Origin: Eledone cirrhosa
Lineage: Eukaryota
Direction: 5' to 3'
NCBI GenBank assembly: GCA_964016885.1
Contig: OZ024740.1
Span: forward strand, 440,820,001 to 440,884,000
DNA: 64,000 nt
The notes below the pieces were generated by a model. The model did not search any database. It had not been told where the DNA came from and saw nothing but the letters and a program-made list of their open reading frames with translations. Within the stretch, counting starts at the first letter, position 1. The number at the start of each line of letters is the position of its first letter. A program made the position numbers and the translations under genes. This document shows positions 1 to 14,721 of this stretch, piece after piece.

Positions 1-1468
1 CTTCCATCCAGCGTGCAACGACACAGTCGGAAGGCATGGGTTTGCCTCTCTATGTGCCGAGCTGCAAACCGACGGACTTGTTTGGGTTTTCTTGCTCCTG
101 TCAACATTTCGTATTCCTGTAATAGATTGCCGATTACGCCGATTACGCCGATGTCCGAGATTTTCGACACCATTACGGTTATGTCGTCGGCATAGGCCGA
201 CACAGCTTTCCGCAGTCCTGGTTCGATCGGGAGGCCCTGCAACAGCTCCAACTTCCGCAGTAATGGCTTGAGAGTCAGAACATACAGAATGGAGGAGAGA
301 GGGCACCCTTGACGGATGGAACGCATGATTTGGAATGGCTCCGATAGGTAGCCAATCACCTTGACTGCCGAGCATATGCTGATGTGCATGGCAGCGATCC
401 AGCCTCTGAAGACGGGACCGAAGCTGGCCGCCTTGAGAACCGCTTCCAAGTATTGATGGTCGGCCCTATCAAATGCCTTAGACTGATCTAAATTGATCAG
501 GGCCCCACCGAAGCTAGGTTTACACCCTACCCTCTCTATGATGTATCGCATGAGGTTGAGGTTGTCGAGTATGGACCTGGTCGGGATTGCACACGTTTGC
601 GCTTCCCCTACCAGATTCTCTATAAGCGCTAACCTCGCTGTTAACACTTTGGCCAAAATCTTTAACTCTGTGTTGAGCAGAGTTATGGGCCTGAAATTGC
701 TCATCCCTCTTGTTCTCATCTTTCCTGATCAGCGTTACTACGCCTCTGCCTACAGAACTGGGAATCCTCCCGTTCTGCAACCAGTTGCAGTAGACCGCTT
801 CGAGGACGCCAGAGAACAAGTCTAGCATGCCTATGTAAAACTCATAGGGTAGACCATCTAAACCGGGTGATTTGCGATTCTCACACGGCCTAGGGCATCT
901 TCTATTTCGCTCGCTGTGATCGGCCTTTCGCAGCTCTCTGCATCCGTGTTCGAGAGTCGTGGTACGCCGTCGAGGTAGCAGCTGAAGTCCATCACCTCCC
1001 TTGACGTACCGCTTTGCCCGAACAGTTGTGCAAAATGCTGCTAGAAGGCCGTACACATCTGCTTGGATTCAAGTAGAATGCGTCCATCATTGTCTTGCAA
1101 GGACCGAATTGTGGATTTGTTGCCACTTTTCGCCTCTGCCACTCGGGCCCAGCTAACAGCTTTGGCTCCCTCGTTTCTTAGAGCACATGTTCTACTTCTG
1201 ACAATACAACCTTCGTGTTTCACGTTGAAGAACTGGTCTAGTGCCGTTCTCGCCGCTAGCATGTCAGCTGTACTACCATTCCTAAGTGCCTCTTCTATTT
1301 TAGCTACCAATTCCTTTTCGGTTTTGTTTTTTTTCTAAAGCTACTTCCTTGCTAAATGCTATCGATTCTATTCTAATTGCTCTCTTGAGAGAGCTCCACC
1401 ACCTGTTGTTGACGATCGCCTCCGTCAACTGGCACTTAACTAAGGTGCTAATCAGTTTACTGTAGGCC
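1..1468 (-). pseudogene. Degraded Tx1/L1-clade non-LTR retrotransposon RT fragment (runs off window start)
   Basis: Minus-strand ORF pieces 1300-1470, 1041-1310 and 520-1056 include KSPGLDGLPYEFY. The reverse complement of 1-680 is colinear with 2050-2740 (LDxSKAFDR, RQGCPLS, AYADD). Frameshifts and stops present. Confidence 0.9.
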
Positions 1469-1652
1469 TTAGATAGATAGATAGATAGATAGATAGAAGA
1501 AGAAGAAGAAGAAGAAGAAGAAGAAGAAGAAGAAGAAGAAGAAGAAGAAGAAGAAGAAGAAGAAGAAGAAGAAGAAGAGCAATAAGAAAAGGAAAAGAAG
1601 AAGAATTTGGTGTGGGGAGGGAGGAGTTTGATAATGAAAATATAGAACATGA

Positions 1653-1725
<73 letters not shown>

Positions 1726-1830
1726 GGTGGTAGTAGTTACGACAGCGGCAACAAAATCGTATGTATGTATATATATATATGTATATATATATATATGTAT
1801 ATATATATATCTATGTATATATGTATGTAT
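1469..1830. repeat. Microsatellite cluster (GATA)n,(AGA)n,(TAG)n,(TA)n
   Basis: Direct inspection. Confidence 0.97.
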
Positions 1831-1845
1831 ATTTAATTGACGTAA

Positions 1846-1971
1846 TTCCTCTGATGATTGATTCGCGCCTCCCATAGCTTAACCAAAATTGATAGTTTAT
1901 GATCGATGATCAATTGATTAAATCTATTTTAACTTATGATCCTCCTCGAATCATAAAATGGCCCAAAGGAA
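1846..1971 (+). ncRNA. Degenerate hammerhead-like motif with long stem II
   Basis: ttcct-CTGATGA-t-tgattcg...cgaatca-taaaatggcccaa-aggaa. Stems I and II pair, but the GAAA and NUH boxes are mutated. Confidence 0.4.
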
Positions 1972-2048
1972 ATAGGAACTTTTTCCATCCGAAGTACGTA
2001 TTCTTCATAGGTATATGGCCCTGTGTCTCTCTCTCTATATATATATAC

Positions 2049-4190
2049 ATAACTCTGCTAAATACAGAGTTACAGATTTTGGCCAAGGTGCTAGCAAAGA
2101 GGTTGGCGCTTGTCGTGGGCAACCTGGTGGGAGATGCGCAGACATGTGCTATCCCGTCCAGGTCCATCCACGATAACCTCCACCTCATGCGATACATCAT
2201 AGAGAGGGTTGGGAACGAACCCGGCTTTGGTGGGGCCCTGATCAACTTGGATCAATCTAAGGCATTCGATAGGGTCGACCATGGTTACCTGGATGCGGTG
2301 CTATCGGCGGCAGGCTTCGGACCCGTTTTCAGGGGCTGGATCAATGCCATGCACAGCAGCCGCATCTGCTCTAGTGTCAAGGTGAACGGCTACCTCTTGG
2401 AGCCGTTCGAAATCGCGCGGTCCATCCGACAGGGGTGCCCTCTCTCCTCCCTTCTGTATGTAGTGACTCTAGAGCCACTGCTGCGGAAGTTGGAGTTGTT
2501 GCAGGGCATCCAGTTGGAACAGGGATTGCGGAAAGCGGTGTCAGCCTACGCCGATGACGTAACAGTAATGGTGTCGACGGCCTCGGAAATTGGGGCGATC
2601 GGCACCTTACTGGAGGAGTACGAAAGGTTTCCAGGGGCTAAGCTGAACCGGGACAAGTCGATCGGTCTGCAACTCGGCACGTGGAGGGGCAGATCGATGC
2701 CCTCCGATGGCGTCGTCGGGCGCTGGACGGAGGGCCCGGTGAAATTGCTCGGGGTCTGGTTCGGACCAGACCTCCAGGTGGAGAAGAACTGGGGTGAGGT
2801 GACGAGCAGGGTCTTTGCACTGACCCAGAAGTGGGCCGAGTGCAAACTGTCCCTGAAAGGTCGGGCGGAGGTGGCGAACACTTATATAGCGTCCGTCATC
2901 TACTACCGCCTGACCGTGGTGCCTTGCCCAAGGGAAACGCTCGCCAAAATGGAGCGCGCACTCTTCCAATTCCTTTGGAAGAAGCGGGCTCCTATGGTGA
3001 GGAGATCCATCTGCTGTCAACACCCTTCGAAAGGAGGGCTGGGGATGCCGTGGCTGATGATACGTAAACACGCATTAAGGCTACGGCACCTTCAGGTATT
3101 CCTCTCCGGTCAACCGGTGTGGGCCCCGTTTGTGAGGCGAGCCTTTCCCAGACTCGTCTCACTCACCGAGCTGCAATCCTGGGTCAAGCAAAGACCGAGA
3201 AAACTGGGCGCCTGGCACACCGAGTGTGCTCAGGCGCTCACGGCTCTCTGGCAGGCGGACCCGGCTGTCAGTGGAGAATCCACCTCGTCATTCTATAGAG
3301 GGCTGGTGGTTAGCAGGTGCGACGACGCCCTCGGAGAAGTCCTAGGCATGGAGGAAGACGAACTGGCCAACCTGTTCGGTAGGACATTCAGCCCGGGACC
3401 CATGGATAACTTCCAGAGGTCCCTGGCCTGGCAATGCTACAGAAGGGCTCTGCCCGTTCGAGAAAGGCTCTACAGACACGGGCGCCCGGGTAGGGACCCA
3501 TCGAAAAAGGTCTGTCCCAGATGCGTGTGCGACGAGGAAACCGTTGCACACGCATTGGTACACTGCTCTGGCATTGCCGATCTGTGGGGCTATGTCGAAC
3601 AACTGCTGTCAAGGGTGGGACCGATCCGGTTGACCGCCGAGTCTATTGTAACGATCAAGCCGCCTCCCCTCTTCAAAAACGAAGGAGAGGCGGTGTTTCT
3701 GTGCGTAATAGCCATGGCGAAAGAGGTTGTATGGTGGACGCGTCTGAAAGGACTGAGGTCAGACACCTTTCTCTCTGGCCAACAACTGGTCCGTTTCTTC
3801 CGATATCATTTCGGAAGAAGGATCAGGATGGAGAGAGAGGTGCTGCACCCCAGCCGTTTCTATGAAAGATGGGTGAAAGTGGCGAGAATGGCCCGTGTGA
3901 ATGGGCCTTCACTCTACATCAGACTATAGGTGAGGAAGATGAAAGACCAAGGGAGCACCCCTTCTCTGTGCTCCTGGGGAGAAGGGTTGCACACTTTTTT
4001 CGGGGGGGTGTGCGACCCCCCAAGGCGCCTCCTCTCTATTGAGGACTTTGTTATAAATTTTATTTTTTGTTATATTTTATTTTATTTTTATATATTGTTA
4101 TTGCCTCCTCCTTATTGAGGACGCCTTGTTTTGTAAACTCCCCCCATTGTACTTGTCCCACTTTTGATGCCCTGGTGGCAAATAAAAGAA
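2049..4190 (+). mobile_element. 5'-truncated Tx1/L1-clade LINE with 3' UTR, inserted in (TA)n
   Basis: RT homology begins abruptly at ITLLNTE after tatatatac. The 3' end AATAAAagaaac is followed by (AT)n. Confidence 0.9.
2050..3929 (+). CDS. Uninterrupted RT + C-terminal CCHC zinc-knuckle portion of LINE ORF2 (ORF-track start 1899 is spurious)
   Basis: LDQSKAFDRVDH, RQGCPLSS, YADD, KLLGV, GGLG and CPRC..EETVAHALVHC motifs. Confidence 0.9.
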
Positions 4191-4237
4191 ACATATATAT
4201 ATACATATATCTATAAATTTGAATTATATATATATAT

Positions 4238-4560
4238 GTCGCCTGGCGGACCGTTTCACCGAACACCTCTGGGATATTCGTCTCGGCGGGAGTTCCGGAC
4301 ATTCCTCCCACCACCTCACAGTCTGTGGCCTACTCCAATACCACGGAACACCTGCCACCCGCCTCACAACGCACCATCTTCACCCTACAGACCCACACTC
4401 CCCCGGCCTTAACTCCCTACCCCTATTCCTTTAGCCTTCGACCGCTCTGTTCCCCGCCCCACATACACACACACATATCCCCCACTAACACCACTAACAC
4501 ACTCCTCCTTTTAACCGCCCACCCCCTTGGCCCACCCCACAACTAACAATACTAACTAAT
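4238..4560 (+). pseudogene. Penelope-like GIY-YIG endonuclease C-terminal relic plus UTR
   Basis: RLADRFTEHLWDIR...PGLN motif typical of the PLE GIY-YIG end. Confidence 0.6.
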
Positions 4561-4578
4561 AAGTATATATATATATAT

Positions 4579-4792
4579 AGGAAAAGAGTCAGGACTCTGA
4601 CGGCAGAGCTCAAGCCGTTTCCACGGCTATTTCTAGACTCCAGAAATTTCTGAGTCCAGAAATACCCGTCAAAACGGCTTGAGCTCTGCTTTCGGGTTCC
4701 TGACTCTTTTTCTATTACCCACTCTACTACCCAAAGTATCAAGTATTCTGGTGCGTTATGGTCCACCTGGTTCCTTACCACACCTCCTTCGT
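4579..4792 (+). mobile_element. Short inverted PLE family A end (arm-arm-tail) in (TA)n
   Basis: 4579-4645 is inverted to ~4650-4712. Tail ctattacccactctactac...ccttcgt is shared with 21232-21310 and 60358-60439. Confidence 0.85.
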
Positions 4793-4810
4793 TATATATA
4801 TATATATATA

Positions 4811-5282
<472 letters not shown>

Positions 5283-5804
5283 TTATATAGATGTACTGAC
5301 ATAAAAAAATCTGAAAGTAAGTGAATATACTTATATAACAAGGTGTGTTGTGAATTGTAAAGGGGGCGATAGATATTTAGGGCTTCTATTGATGTGCTTT
5401 AATATAAATATGGCAGTAACCCTATATATAATGCTGTTGCCAATATTTGCTGCAAGGATAGGGGTGGCGGAGTAACGGCGAGTGTAACTTATAATCAAAA
5501 CAATAAAAATATAAAGCCTATAATTTGAATATTCTTTTATTCTTTTACTGGTTTCAATCATTAGACTGCGGCCATGATGGGGCACCCCGTATATTTCGAC
5601 AGCTTCCCCAAGAAAATCGAGATTAATTTGGGTGGCTTTTATTACACACCGAAGTTCAATGACGTTGTTAGTTCTATTCTGGAGTTTCTTTAATCAGTTG
5701 ACATGATCTGCATTGTTCTAGAACACAAGAGAACTGATATAGCAAATTAAGTGAGGTAACAATGAAACTGTAAGATGTCTCTTATTAATGCAAAAGCCAT
5801 AATA

Positions 5805-6005
5805 ATAGTTTCTGATTCGGGCACATGGCCAGCAATTTTGAACGAGGGGAAAGTCAATTAAATCGCCCTCAGTGTATTACTGGTACTTTCTTTTATCGAC
5901 CCCGTAAAGATGAAAGGCAAAGTTAACCTCGACGGAATTTTAACTCAGAACGTAGAGGACTGTAAATCTATGCTGCAAGACATTTTGCCCGGCGCTCTAC
6001 CGGTG
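5805..6005 (-). mobile_element. tRNA-derived SINE (Octopus-type)
   Basis: Reverse complement of the 6324-6545 family (gttctgagttaaattccgtcgaggttaactttgcctttcatc). Confidence 0.85.
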
Positions 6006-6323
6006 ATATGTATAGATAATAATATATATAATTCAGTCATTTGTGACTGGTTTTTAATAAGAGTGAAAATATTAAGTTGAGAGCATGATATCATTTTTAC
6101 CATCTTTCTTTTTATGTCAGTATAAAGCAATTTGGTGAAACATTTGCCACAAAAATAATTACAAACGTCTGGAATGTATAAATCTAGGAAATAAGATTTC
6201 TATTTCATTAAGAATTCTAATAAACTAGTATTAACTTCTAGAAACAACTGATATTTCCGAGGATGGAAACCATAAGTACTGAAAATGATTATTCACTTAT
6301 TTTTTTATTATTAGGTTAAACAA

Positions 6324-6761
6324 GTGGCGGTGGATTGGCAGAATCGGTAGAGCGTTGAGAACCATGCTTTGCAGCATAAAGTTATGGCCCTTTATGTTCT
6401 GAGTTCAAAACCCGCTGAGGTTAACTTTGCCTTTCATCCTTACGGGATCGATAAAATAAAGTACCAGACACGCATTGGGGTCGATTTAATCGACTTCCCC
6501 CTCCCCAAAATTGCTGGCCTTTTGCCTATATAAGAAACCATTATTTAAGGGCGGTGGATTGACAGTATCGGTAGAGAATCGGACACCATGTTTTTCAACA
6601 TAGAGTTACACCCCTTTACCGTCTGAGTTCAAATCCCGCCGAGGTTAACTTTGTCTTTCATCCTTACGGGGTCGATAAAATAAAGTACCAGTAACGTACT
6701 GAGGTCGATTTAATCGATTTTCTCCTCCCAAATTACTGGCCTTCTGCCTATATAAGAAATC
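6324..6761 (+). mobile_element. Tandem SINE dimer with 17-bp target-site duplication
   Basis: Two ~220 bp copies with A-box (tggcagaatcgg) and B-box (gagttcaaatcc). attattaggttaaacaa occurs at 6307-6323 and 6762-6778. Confidence 0.88.
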
Positions 6762-7330
6762 ATTATTAGGTTAAACAAAACGACGAGATTCAGTGCTGAA
6801 CCATTGTTTTACGATCGTTTCAAAGAGTGGAATAAATGATGATAATATCGATATATTGATTAGTCTATAGCAGTTATGTAACTCTATGTTATTAGACACG
6901 ACAAAATACATCCATCTCACCGCTCATCATCATAAACAATGGTTCAGGAAGTTTTATTAGAAAGATATATATAGTACAGACGAAATAGACATTTAGGGGA
7001 TTCCCAGATAACGAAATAAAGCCTTAACAGATAAATTGTATGTGAAATAAATAAATTAATTAGTAAATTAATTAATTAAAATCAATAAATCTTCATACCC
7101 ACATAGCAATTGTAGCCATACAATGACACATTCATTTCATTTGATTATATACAGACTACTTGTGTAATTAAGGGTGAAAGTGTCTGAGCATTCGATAGAC
7201 ATGTCTAACTTCAGCGAGACAAAATGAATTACAGGTAAAGTCAATCCAATGGGCTTCTAAAATGTTTCCGTCTAACAAATATCACTCACAAGAATTGGGT
7301 TCACATGAGGCTATGATAAGTAACAGCTGA

Positions 7331-7650
7331 GATATCCAGGCTGTGGTGTATAACACCTGTGTCTGTGGTATATGTCACTTACCTGGCATATCCAGGCTGT
7401 GGTGTATAACACCTGTGTCTGTGGTATATGTCACTTACCTGGGATATCACGACTGTGGTGTATAACACCTGTGTCTGTGGTATATGTCACTTACCTGGGA
7501 TATCCAGGCTGTCGTGTATAACACCTGAGTCTGTGGTATATGTCACTTACCTGAGATATCCAGGCTGTGGTACATAACACCTGGGTTATCACGACTGTGG
7601 TGTATAACACCTGAGTCTGTGGTATATGTCACCTGAGATATCATACCTGT
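7331..7650. repeat. 56-bp minisatellite (~5.5 copies)
   Basis: gatatccaggctgtggtgtataacacctgtgtctgtggtatatgtcacttacctg, period 56. Confidence 0.93.
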
Positions 7651-7819
7651 AGTACATGACCTTGCCAAAGGTATAACGCTCTGAGACTGAAATCGAGATG
7701 TTATTGCTTCATGAACTGTCCGGCCATGCTGTGACTATACACAATGTTATATACAAGGAGATAAACAATATTAAATGTGTTCAGCTTGTCATGACTCAAT
7801 ATTTTGACTTGGCTCCTCC

Positions 7820-8700
7820 ATAATAACTATAACAAGAACAACAACAACAACAACAACGCCGACAATAATAACAACAACAACAACAACAAGAACAACAACA
7901 ACAGCAGCAGCAACAACAATAACTACAATAATAACTACAACAATAACTACAACAATGCAACAACAACAACAATGACAATGACAACAATAACAACAACAAT
8001 AACAACAACAATGACAACAACAATAACAACAACAATAACCACAACAGCAATGACAACAATAAGAACAACAATAACAACAACAGCAATGACAACAATAACA
8101 ACAACAGCAATGACAACAATAACAACAATAACAACCACATTAACAAGGACTACTCTAGGAACAAAAACCAGCATCAAAAACAATAATAATAGTATAGCAA
8201 TAACAACGTCATTAATAACAACAACGACAACAATGACAACAACCACAACAACGACAACAACAACGACAGAACGATATTAATAACAACAATGACATTAACA
8301 ACAACATTAATAATCGCAACAGCAATATCACTAACAATAAGATAGAAACTATAAGAGCAATCATTGAGCCAGAGTATAGGCAGTAGAAGTGCAGTGGTAT
8401 CAGAAAATATAACCACTTTAGTAGAGAATGATAAAACTGTTAACTCTAGACATAGTAATAAACTCCCTGTAGTTCTCCAGATGAAGTTAATATCCATTGG
8501 TTTCGTCTAACATTCCGACATCTTCACATCTCTAGAGTCTATCATACTTAGTTATGTCTTCTATTTTGTTGTTTGTGGGCTTTTAGCGTCTTTTTTGTGT
8601 TTCTGTTTTCTCTATTTTCTTTTCTGTTTTATATTTAGTATTTTCTCTTCTTTCTCCCTTTCTTTTTCCTTTTTTTTCTCTCTTGCTTGCTTGATCACTA

Positions 8701-8743
<43 letters not shown>

Positions 8744-8760
8744 TGCTCTCTCTCGCTATC

Positions 8761-8798
<38 letters not shown>

Positions 8799-8801
8799 GC
8801 T

Positions 8802-8838
<37 letters not shown>

Positions 8839-8919
8839 AATATACACACACACACACTTGCTTGCTTTCTCACTCTCTCTCTCTCTTTCACTCTCTCACA
8901 CACACACACACACACACAC

Positions 8920-8993
<74 letters not shown>

Positions 8994-9880
8994 ACACACA
9001 CACACTTCAGCAACAGTAAAAAACAATCCTTTTTACAACATTAAACGAGTCCTGTTCTTCAGTAATTTTTTCAGTTCATGAATTGCGAAGTTAGGCGTGC
9101 AATGACAACACACATGTGCCTCGTTCAACTGAATTGTTCTTCTTGTTGCTGTATTTCTTGATATACTTGATAACATTGCTGATGTTGATGCTGATGATAC
9201 TGGTATTCCTGATGATGATGAGGCCGCTGGTATTGCTGCTGGTGTTGTTGATGTTGATGATGATGTTGCTCATGATGTTGTTGCTGCTGATGATGTTGCT
9301 GATGTTGCTGATGATGTTGATGTTGATGTTGCTACTGATGATGTTGATGTTGCAGTTGTTGTTGCTGCTGATGTTGCTGTTGTTGTTATTGTTTTATTGT
9401 TGTTGTTGTTGCTGTTGTTGTTGCTGTTATTGCTGTTGTTGTTGTTACTGTTGTTATTGTTGTTGCTGTTATTGCTGTTATTGTTCTAACTGTTGTTATT
9501 GTTGTTGCTGTTATTGCTGTTGTTGTTGTTGTTACTGTTGTTATTGTTGTTGCTGTTATTGTTGTTGTTACTGTTGTTATTGTTGTTGCTAGTATTGCTG
9601 TTGTTGTTGTTACTGTTTCATTATTGTTTCATTATTGTCATGTTATTGTTACAGTTTATGAAGGAGATCTGTTCCACAACAATAAAACCATTTGTTAAAC
9701 TATATGGTGGTGGTGGTGGTGGTGATGGTGGTGGTGGTGGTGGTGGTGGTGGGGAGAGTGGTGGTAGTGTTGATGGTGGTGGTGTTGATGGTGTTGTTGT
9801 TGATGGTGGTGGTGGTGGTGGTGTTGATGGTGGTGGTGGTGTTGATGGTGGTGGTGGTGGTGGTGTTGTTGATGATGTTG
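7820..9880. repeat. Low-complexity tracts (AAC)n,(CT)n,(CA)n,(TTG/TGA)n,(GGT)n
   Basis: Direct inspection. Confidence 0.95.
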
Positions 9881-10523
9881 CCCGCGGGGTGGGAGGTCGG
9901 AGGGCGCCATTTTAGTAACTTTTTACTACTTTTGAAGATGGATTCGGTATTTTGTATGTTTTTTTCTTTCCATTTTATTTTTGGTTTATGTCAAAGGTTC
10001 TTTTGCCCCTCGAAATCACGAAACGTCCCCCTACCTTATTTTTCCATTTTTTAATATACTACTGATTGTGAAACCAGTAGATTACTGGGCCAAATCAAAT
10101 TATGTTAGAATCTTTAAAAAATACTCGTACGAATTAAATACAGAAAGTTTCAGTCCAAAACAAAAGCAAGCTATTTCAAATTATATATTTTTGAAAAAAA
10201 AAAAGATTTGATCTCAGTCGAAAAAGCTTTTTTTTTTAAATTCTATATTTCACTGTTAGCTGTTGTAATATTTTGAGTGGATAGACAATTCTACAATTGA
10301 AACTGTAAAGTCAAAATATAAAAGATGCAAAATATGAAGAATTTCTTACCTTTCTCTGAAATCACAAACTCAGGGTGAAAATAGTACCTTGCAAAATAAA
10401 ATACCTCGTAGCAAAATAAAATAATTAGTAGCAAGCAATGAATTGAGAAGCTTGGTGACAGTGAGAAAGCCATATCTGTATCCCTTATATATATATACAT
10501 AGATACACACACACACACATAAA

Positions 10524-10636
<113 letters not shown>

Positions 10637-10726
10637 ATACACACACACAAACTTAGTTTTGGTACAGAAAGAATTTTGCCTCCAGTTTTTATTGTCAGGC
10701 CAAAGGCCACTGCTCTGTTCAACAAC

Positions 10727-10790
<64 letters not shown>

Positions 10791-10795
<5 letters not shown>

Positions 10796-10925
10796 AGTAT
10801 GTACACGTACATACATAAACGAGCAACGATGATTGCTGGACACTACGGCTTAATACGGGATGTTTGTTTACAAACAGACAGAGCATTACAATAAATGTTC
10901 GGTGAATCCATACGTACATATATAT
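10791..10925 (+). mobile_element. Family C retrozyme-like fragment with short 5' inversion
   Basis: tataagtatgtacacgtacatacat (inverted end) is fused to aaacgagcaacgatg...gaatccatacg, matching 40243-40340. Confidence 0.8.
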
Positions 10926-11559
10926 AAGTATGTAAGGATGTTGACATGATTATTTATGTTTCTGGTACGGAGAAAATTCTGTCTCCAGATTTTATTACCT
11001 AGGGAGATTAAATACCACAGCTCTGGCTGAAAGCTGACCAGGTTCTCAACCTCATCAAACACTAACGCAGGCCTGTGTGTGTATATATGTGTGTATGTAT
11101 GTACGTATGTCTGCATGTATGTATGTATGTACGTATGCATGTGTGTGTATGTTCGTATGTATGTATACACCCACACCTTTCATCACCATTGCTTCTTTTT
11201 GTTGTATTTCTGTTGAAGTTGTTCTTGTAACTGTTGTCAAAGTTGAAGTCCTTATATTCATTTTCTTTGATTTCTTTTGTTTTTCTTTTATCACCCTAGA
11301 GAATTCGTTGACAAGCTTCTTTTATTTATTTTCTTCGTTTTCTTCATTCAAATGCATTCACACTGGCTGTCTAAGAGACGTACAAATATGACTTGTAAAA
11401 TTTACCAAACTAAAGGGGCTTCCTACGCCCCAAAAAGCTTCAAACGCCCCTTAACACCCCTTGCTCCAAAACGCCTCCTGGAGCTCCGAAACGCCGCCCG
11501 TTGAGAACCTTTGGTTTATGTCATTATTTTGTTTAATTTATTTGTTGTTTCATATAATT

Positions 11560-13670
11560 ATATTTTAGACGACGATAAATATAATTCTGTTCTATATAAT
11601 ATATTCTGTTCTATATAATATATTCTGTTCTACATAATATATTTTGTTCTATATAATAATATATTCTGTTCTATATAATATATTTTAGACGACGATAAAT
11701 ATATTTTGTTCTATATAATATATTCTGTTCTATATAATATATTCTGTTCTACATAATATATTTTAGACGACGATAAATATATTTTGTTCTATATAATATA
11801 TTCTGTTCTATATAATATATTTTAGACGACGATAAATATATTTTGTTCTATATAATATATTCTGTTCTATATAATATATTTCTGTTCTATATAATATATT
11901 CTGTACTATATAATATATTATGTTCTATATAATATATTTTGTTCTATATAATACATTCTGTTCTATATAATATATTTTGTTCTATATAATATATTCTGTT
12001 CTATATAATATATTCTGTTCTATATAATATATTCTGTTCTATATAATATATTCTGTTATATATAATATATCTGTTATATATAATATATTCTGTTCTATAT
12101 AATATATTCTGTTCTATATAATATATTCTTTTCTATATAATATATTTTGTCCTATATAATATATTTGTTCTATATAATATATTCTGTTCTATACAATATA
12201 TTCTGTTCTATATAATACATTCTGTTCTATATAATATATTCTGTTATATATAATATATCTGTTATATATAATATATTCTGTTCTATATAATATATTCTGT
12301 TCTATATAATATATTCTGTTCTATATAATATATCTGTTATATATAATATATCTGTTCTATATCATATATTCTGTTCTATATAATATATTCTGTTCTATAT
12401 AATATATTCTGTTCTATATAATATATTCTGTTATATATAATATATCTGTTATATATAATATATTCTGTTCTATATAATATATTCTGTTCTATATAATATA
12501 TTCTTTTCTATATAATATATTTTGTTCTATATAATATATTTGTTCTATATAATATATTCTGTTCTATACAATATATTCTGTTCTATATAATACATTCTGT
12601 TCTATATAATATATTCTGTTATATATAATATATCTGTTATATATAATATATTCTGTTCTATATAATATATTCTGTTCTATATAATATATTATGTTCTATA
12701 TAATATATCTGTTATATATAATATATCTGTTCTATATAATATATTCTGTTCTATATATACTTTTCTATATAATATATTTTGTTCTTTATAATATATTCTG
12801 TTCTATATAATATATTCTGTTCTATATAATATATTCTGTTCTATATAATATATTTTGTTCTATATAATATATTGTGTTCTATATAATATATACTTTTCTT
12901 TATAATATATTCTGTTCTATATAATATATTCTGTTCTATATAATATATTCTGTTCTATATAATATATTTTGTTCTATATAATATATTTTGTTCTATATAA
13001 TATATTTTGTTCTATACAATATATTCTGTTCTATATAATATATACTGTTCTATATAATATATTCTGTTCTATATAATATATTTTGTTCTATATAATATAT
13101 TCTGTTCTATATAATATATTTTGTTCTATATAATATATTTTGTTCTATATAATATATTCTGTTCTATATAATATATTCTGTTCTATATAATATATTCTGT
13201 TCTATATAATATATTTTGTTCTATATAATATATTTTGTTCTATATAATATATTCTGTTCTATATAATATATTTTGTTCTATATAATATATTTTGTTCTAT
13301 ATAATATATTCTGTTCTATATAATATATTTTGTTCTATATAATATATTTTGTTCTATATAATATATTCTGTTCTATATAATATATTTTGTTCTATATAAT
13401 ATATTTTGTTCTATATAATATATTTTGTTCTATATAATATATTTTGTTCTATATAATATATTTTGTTCTATATAATATATTCTGTTCTATATAATATATT
13501 TTGTTCTATATAATATATTCTGTTCTATATAATATATTTTGTTCTATATAATATATTTTGTTCTATATAATATATTCTGTTCTATATAATATATTTTGTT
13601 CTATATAATATATTTTGTTCTATATAATATATTCTGTTCTATATAATATATTTTGTTCTATATAATAATA
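11560..13670. repeat. 19-bp AT-rich minisatellite (~110 copies)
   Basis: atatt(c/t)tgttctatataat, period 19. Confidence 0.97.
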
Positions 13671-14642
13671 GAAACAATGCCGACGTTAGTGTTGTTGTTT
13701 TTGAAACTAACTATAATAACTGATATGTTTCTATCTTATAAGATTCCAGCAAACTATACTCTATCACCAGGTGGTGCTTTTAAGTCAATACTGGCCGAAA
13801 CATATCAAAATTACCCAATTGTCATAAATTAGAAATGACCAGTACAGCTAAAAATAAAGGGATTAGAGTGACGCAGATTATGAATATTAACAGTCAGGCT
13901 GAATGAATGTACCTAAGGGGAACGTACTGGGTATACAATACACATAGAGCCCCTCTTACGTATAAAACCGTAAAACAAATTGATAATATGAAACTAAAAA
14001 GGTGGATTTTAAGCTCATGATTTTCATCACATAATAAGGTTCGTCATTTTTTTTTTTTTTTTTTGGCTAATAGCCAAGTTTTTCCTTATTTAATTTTACA
14101 AAGTTGTTTATACAAAGACAAAACACAATATTAAAGGGAACACAAAAAATAGGAAATGAAAAAATATATAAAGTCCCCGGGGACAATAACATAGTCACTC
14201 CATTCTAGGGTTAGGGTTAAGTGTGGAAGTTTTCTAAAGGCCACGAGATGTAGAGGGAAACTATCTGTTTGTACTATAGCAGTCTTATTGATGGGTGACT
14301 ATTTGAAGATTCTTTCGGTGGCCAGTGTGTATGTTTATGTGTGAGGGAGAAAGAGAGAGAGAGAGCATGTGTGTGTGTGTGTGAGACAGAGAGGGAGAAA
14401 GAGAGCATATGTGTGTATATGTGTGTAAAAGAGAGAGTGTATGTTTATGTGTGTGTGCGTGGGAGAGAGAGCATGTGTGAGAGTGTGTTTGTGGGCGTGT
14501 GTGCGTATGTAGAGCGAAGGAGAGAGAAAAAGAAGAAAGAAAGAAAGAAAGAGAAAGCATAAGTTAACAGTTTGCATCATCAATTATGTGTGTGTGAATT
14601 CACACACATACACACGCATATATATATGTGTGTGTGTGTATG

Positions 14643-14675
<33 letters not shown>

Positions 14676-14687
14676 ATGTGTGTATAA

Positions 14688-14721
<34 letters not shown>

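Noticed and set aside
1899-2049. N-terminal extension of the 676-aa ORF
   Set aside because: Flanking sequence and (TA)n that happen to be in frame with a truncated LINE
7331-7650. CRISPR-like array
   Set aside because: Head-to-tail 56-mers with no spacers; appears to lie inside a decayed SINE
7796-10054. Poly-N/T/L/C/G/H/V ORFs
   Set aside because: Trinucleotide microsatellites open in several frames
11380-11512. Possible hAT MITE end (gttgagaacc)
   Set aside because: No matching second terminus or TSD found
14206-14219. Telomeric TTAGGG seed
   Set aside because: Only about two units; expected by chance
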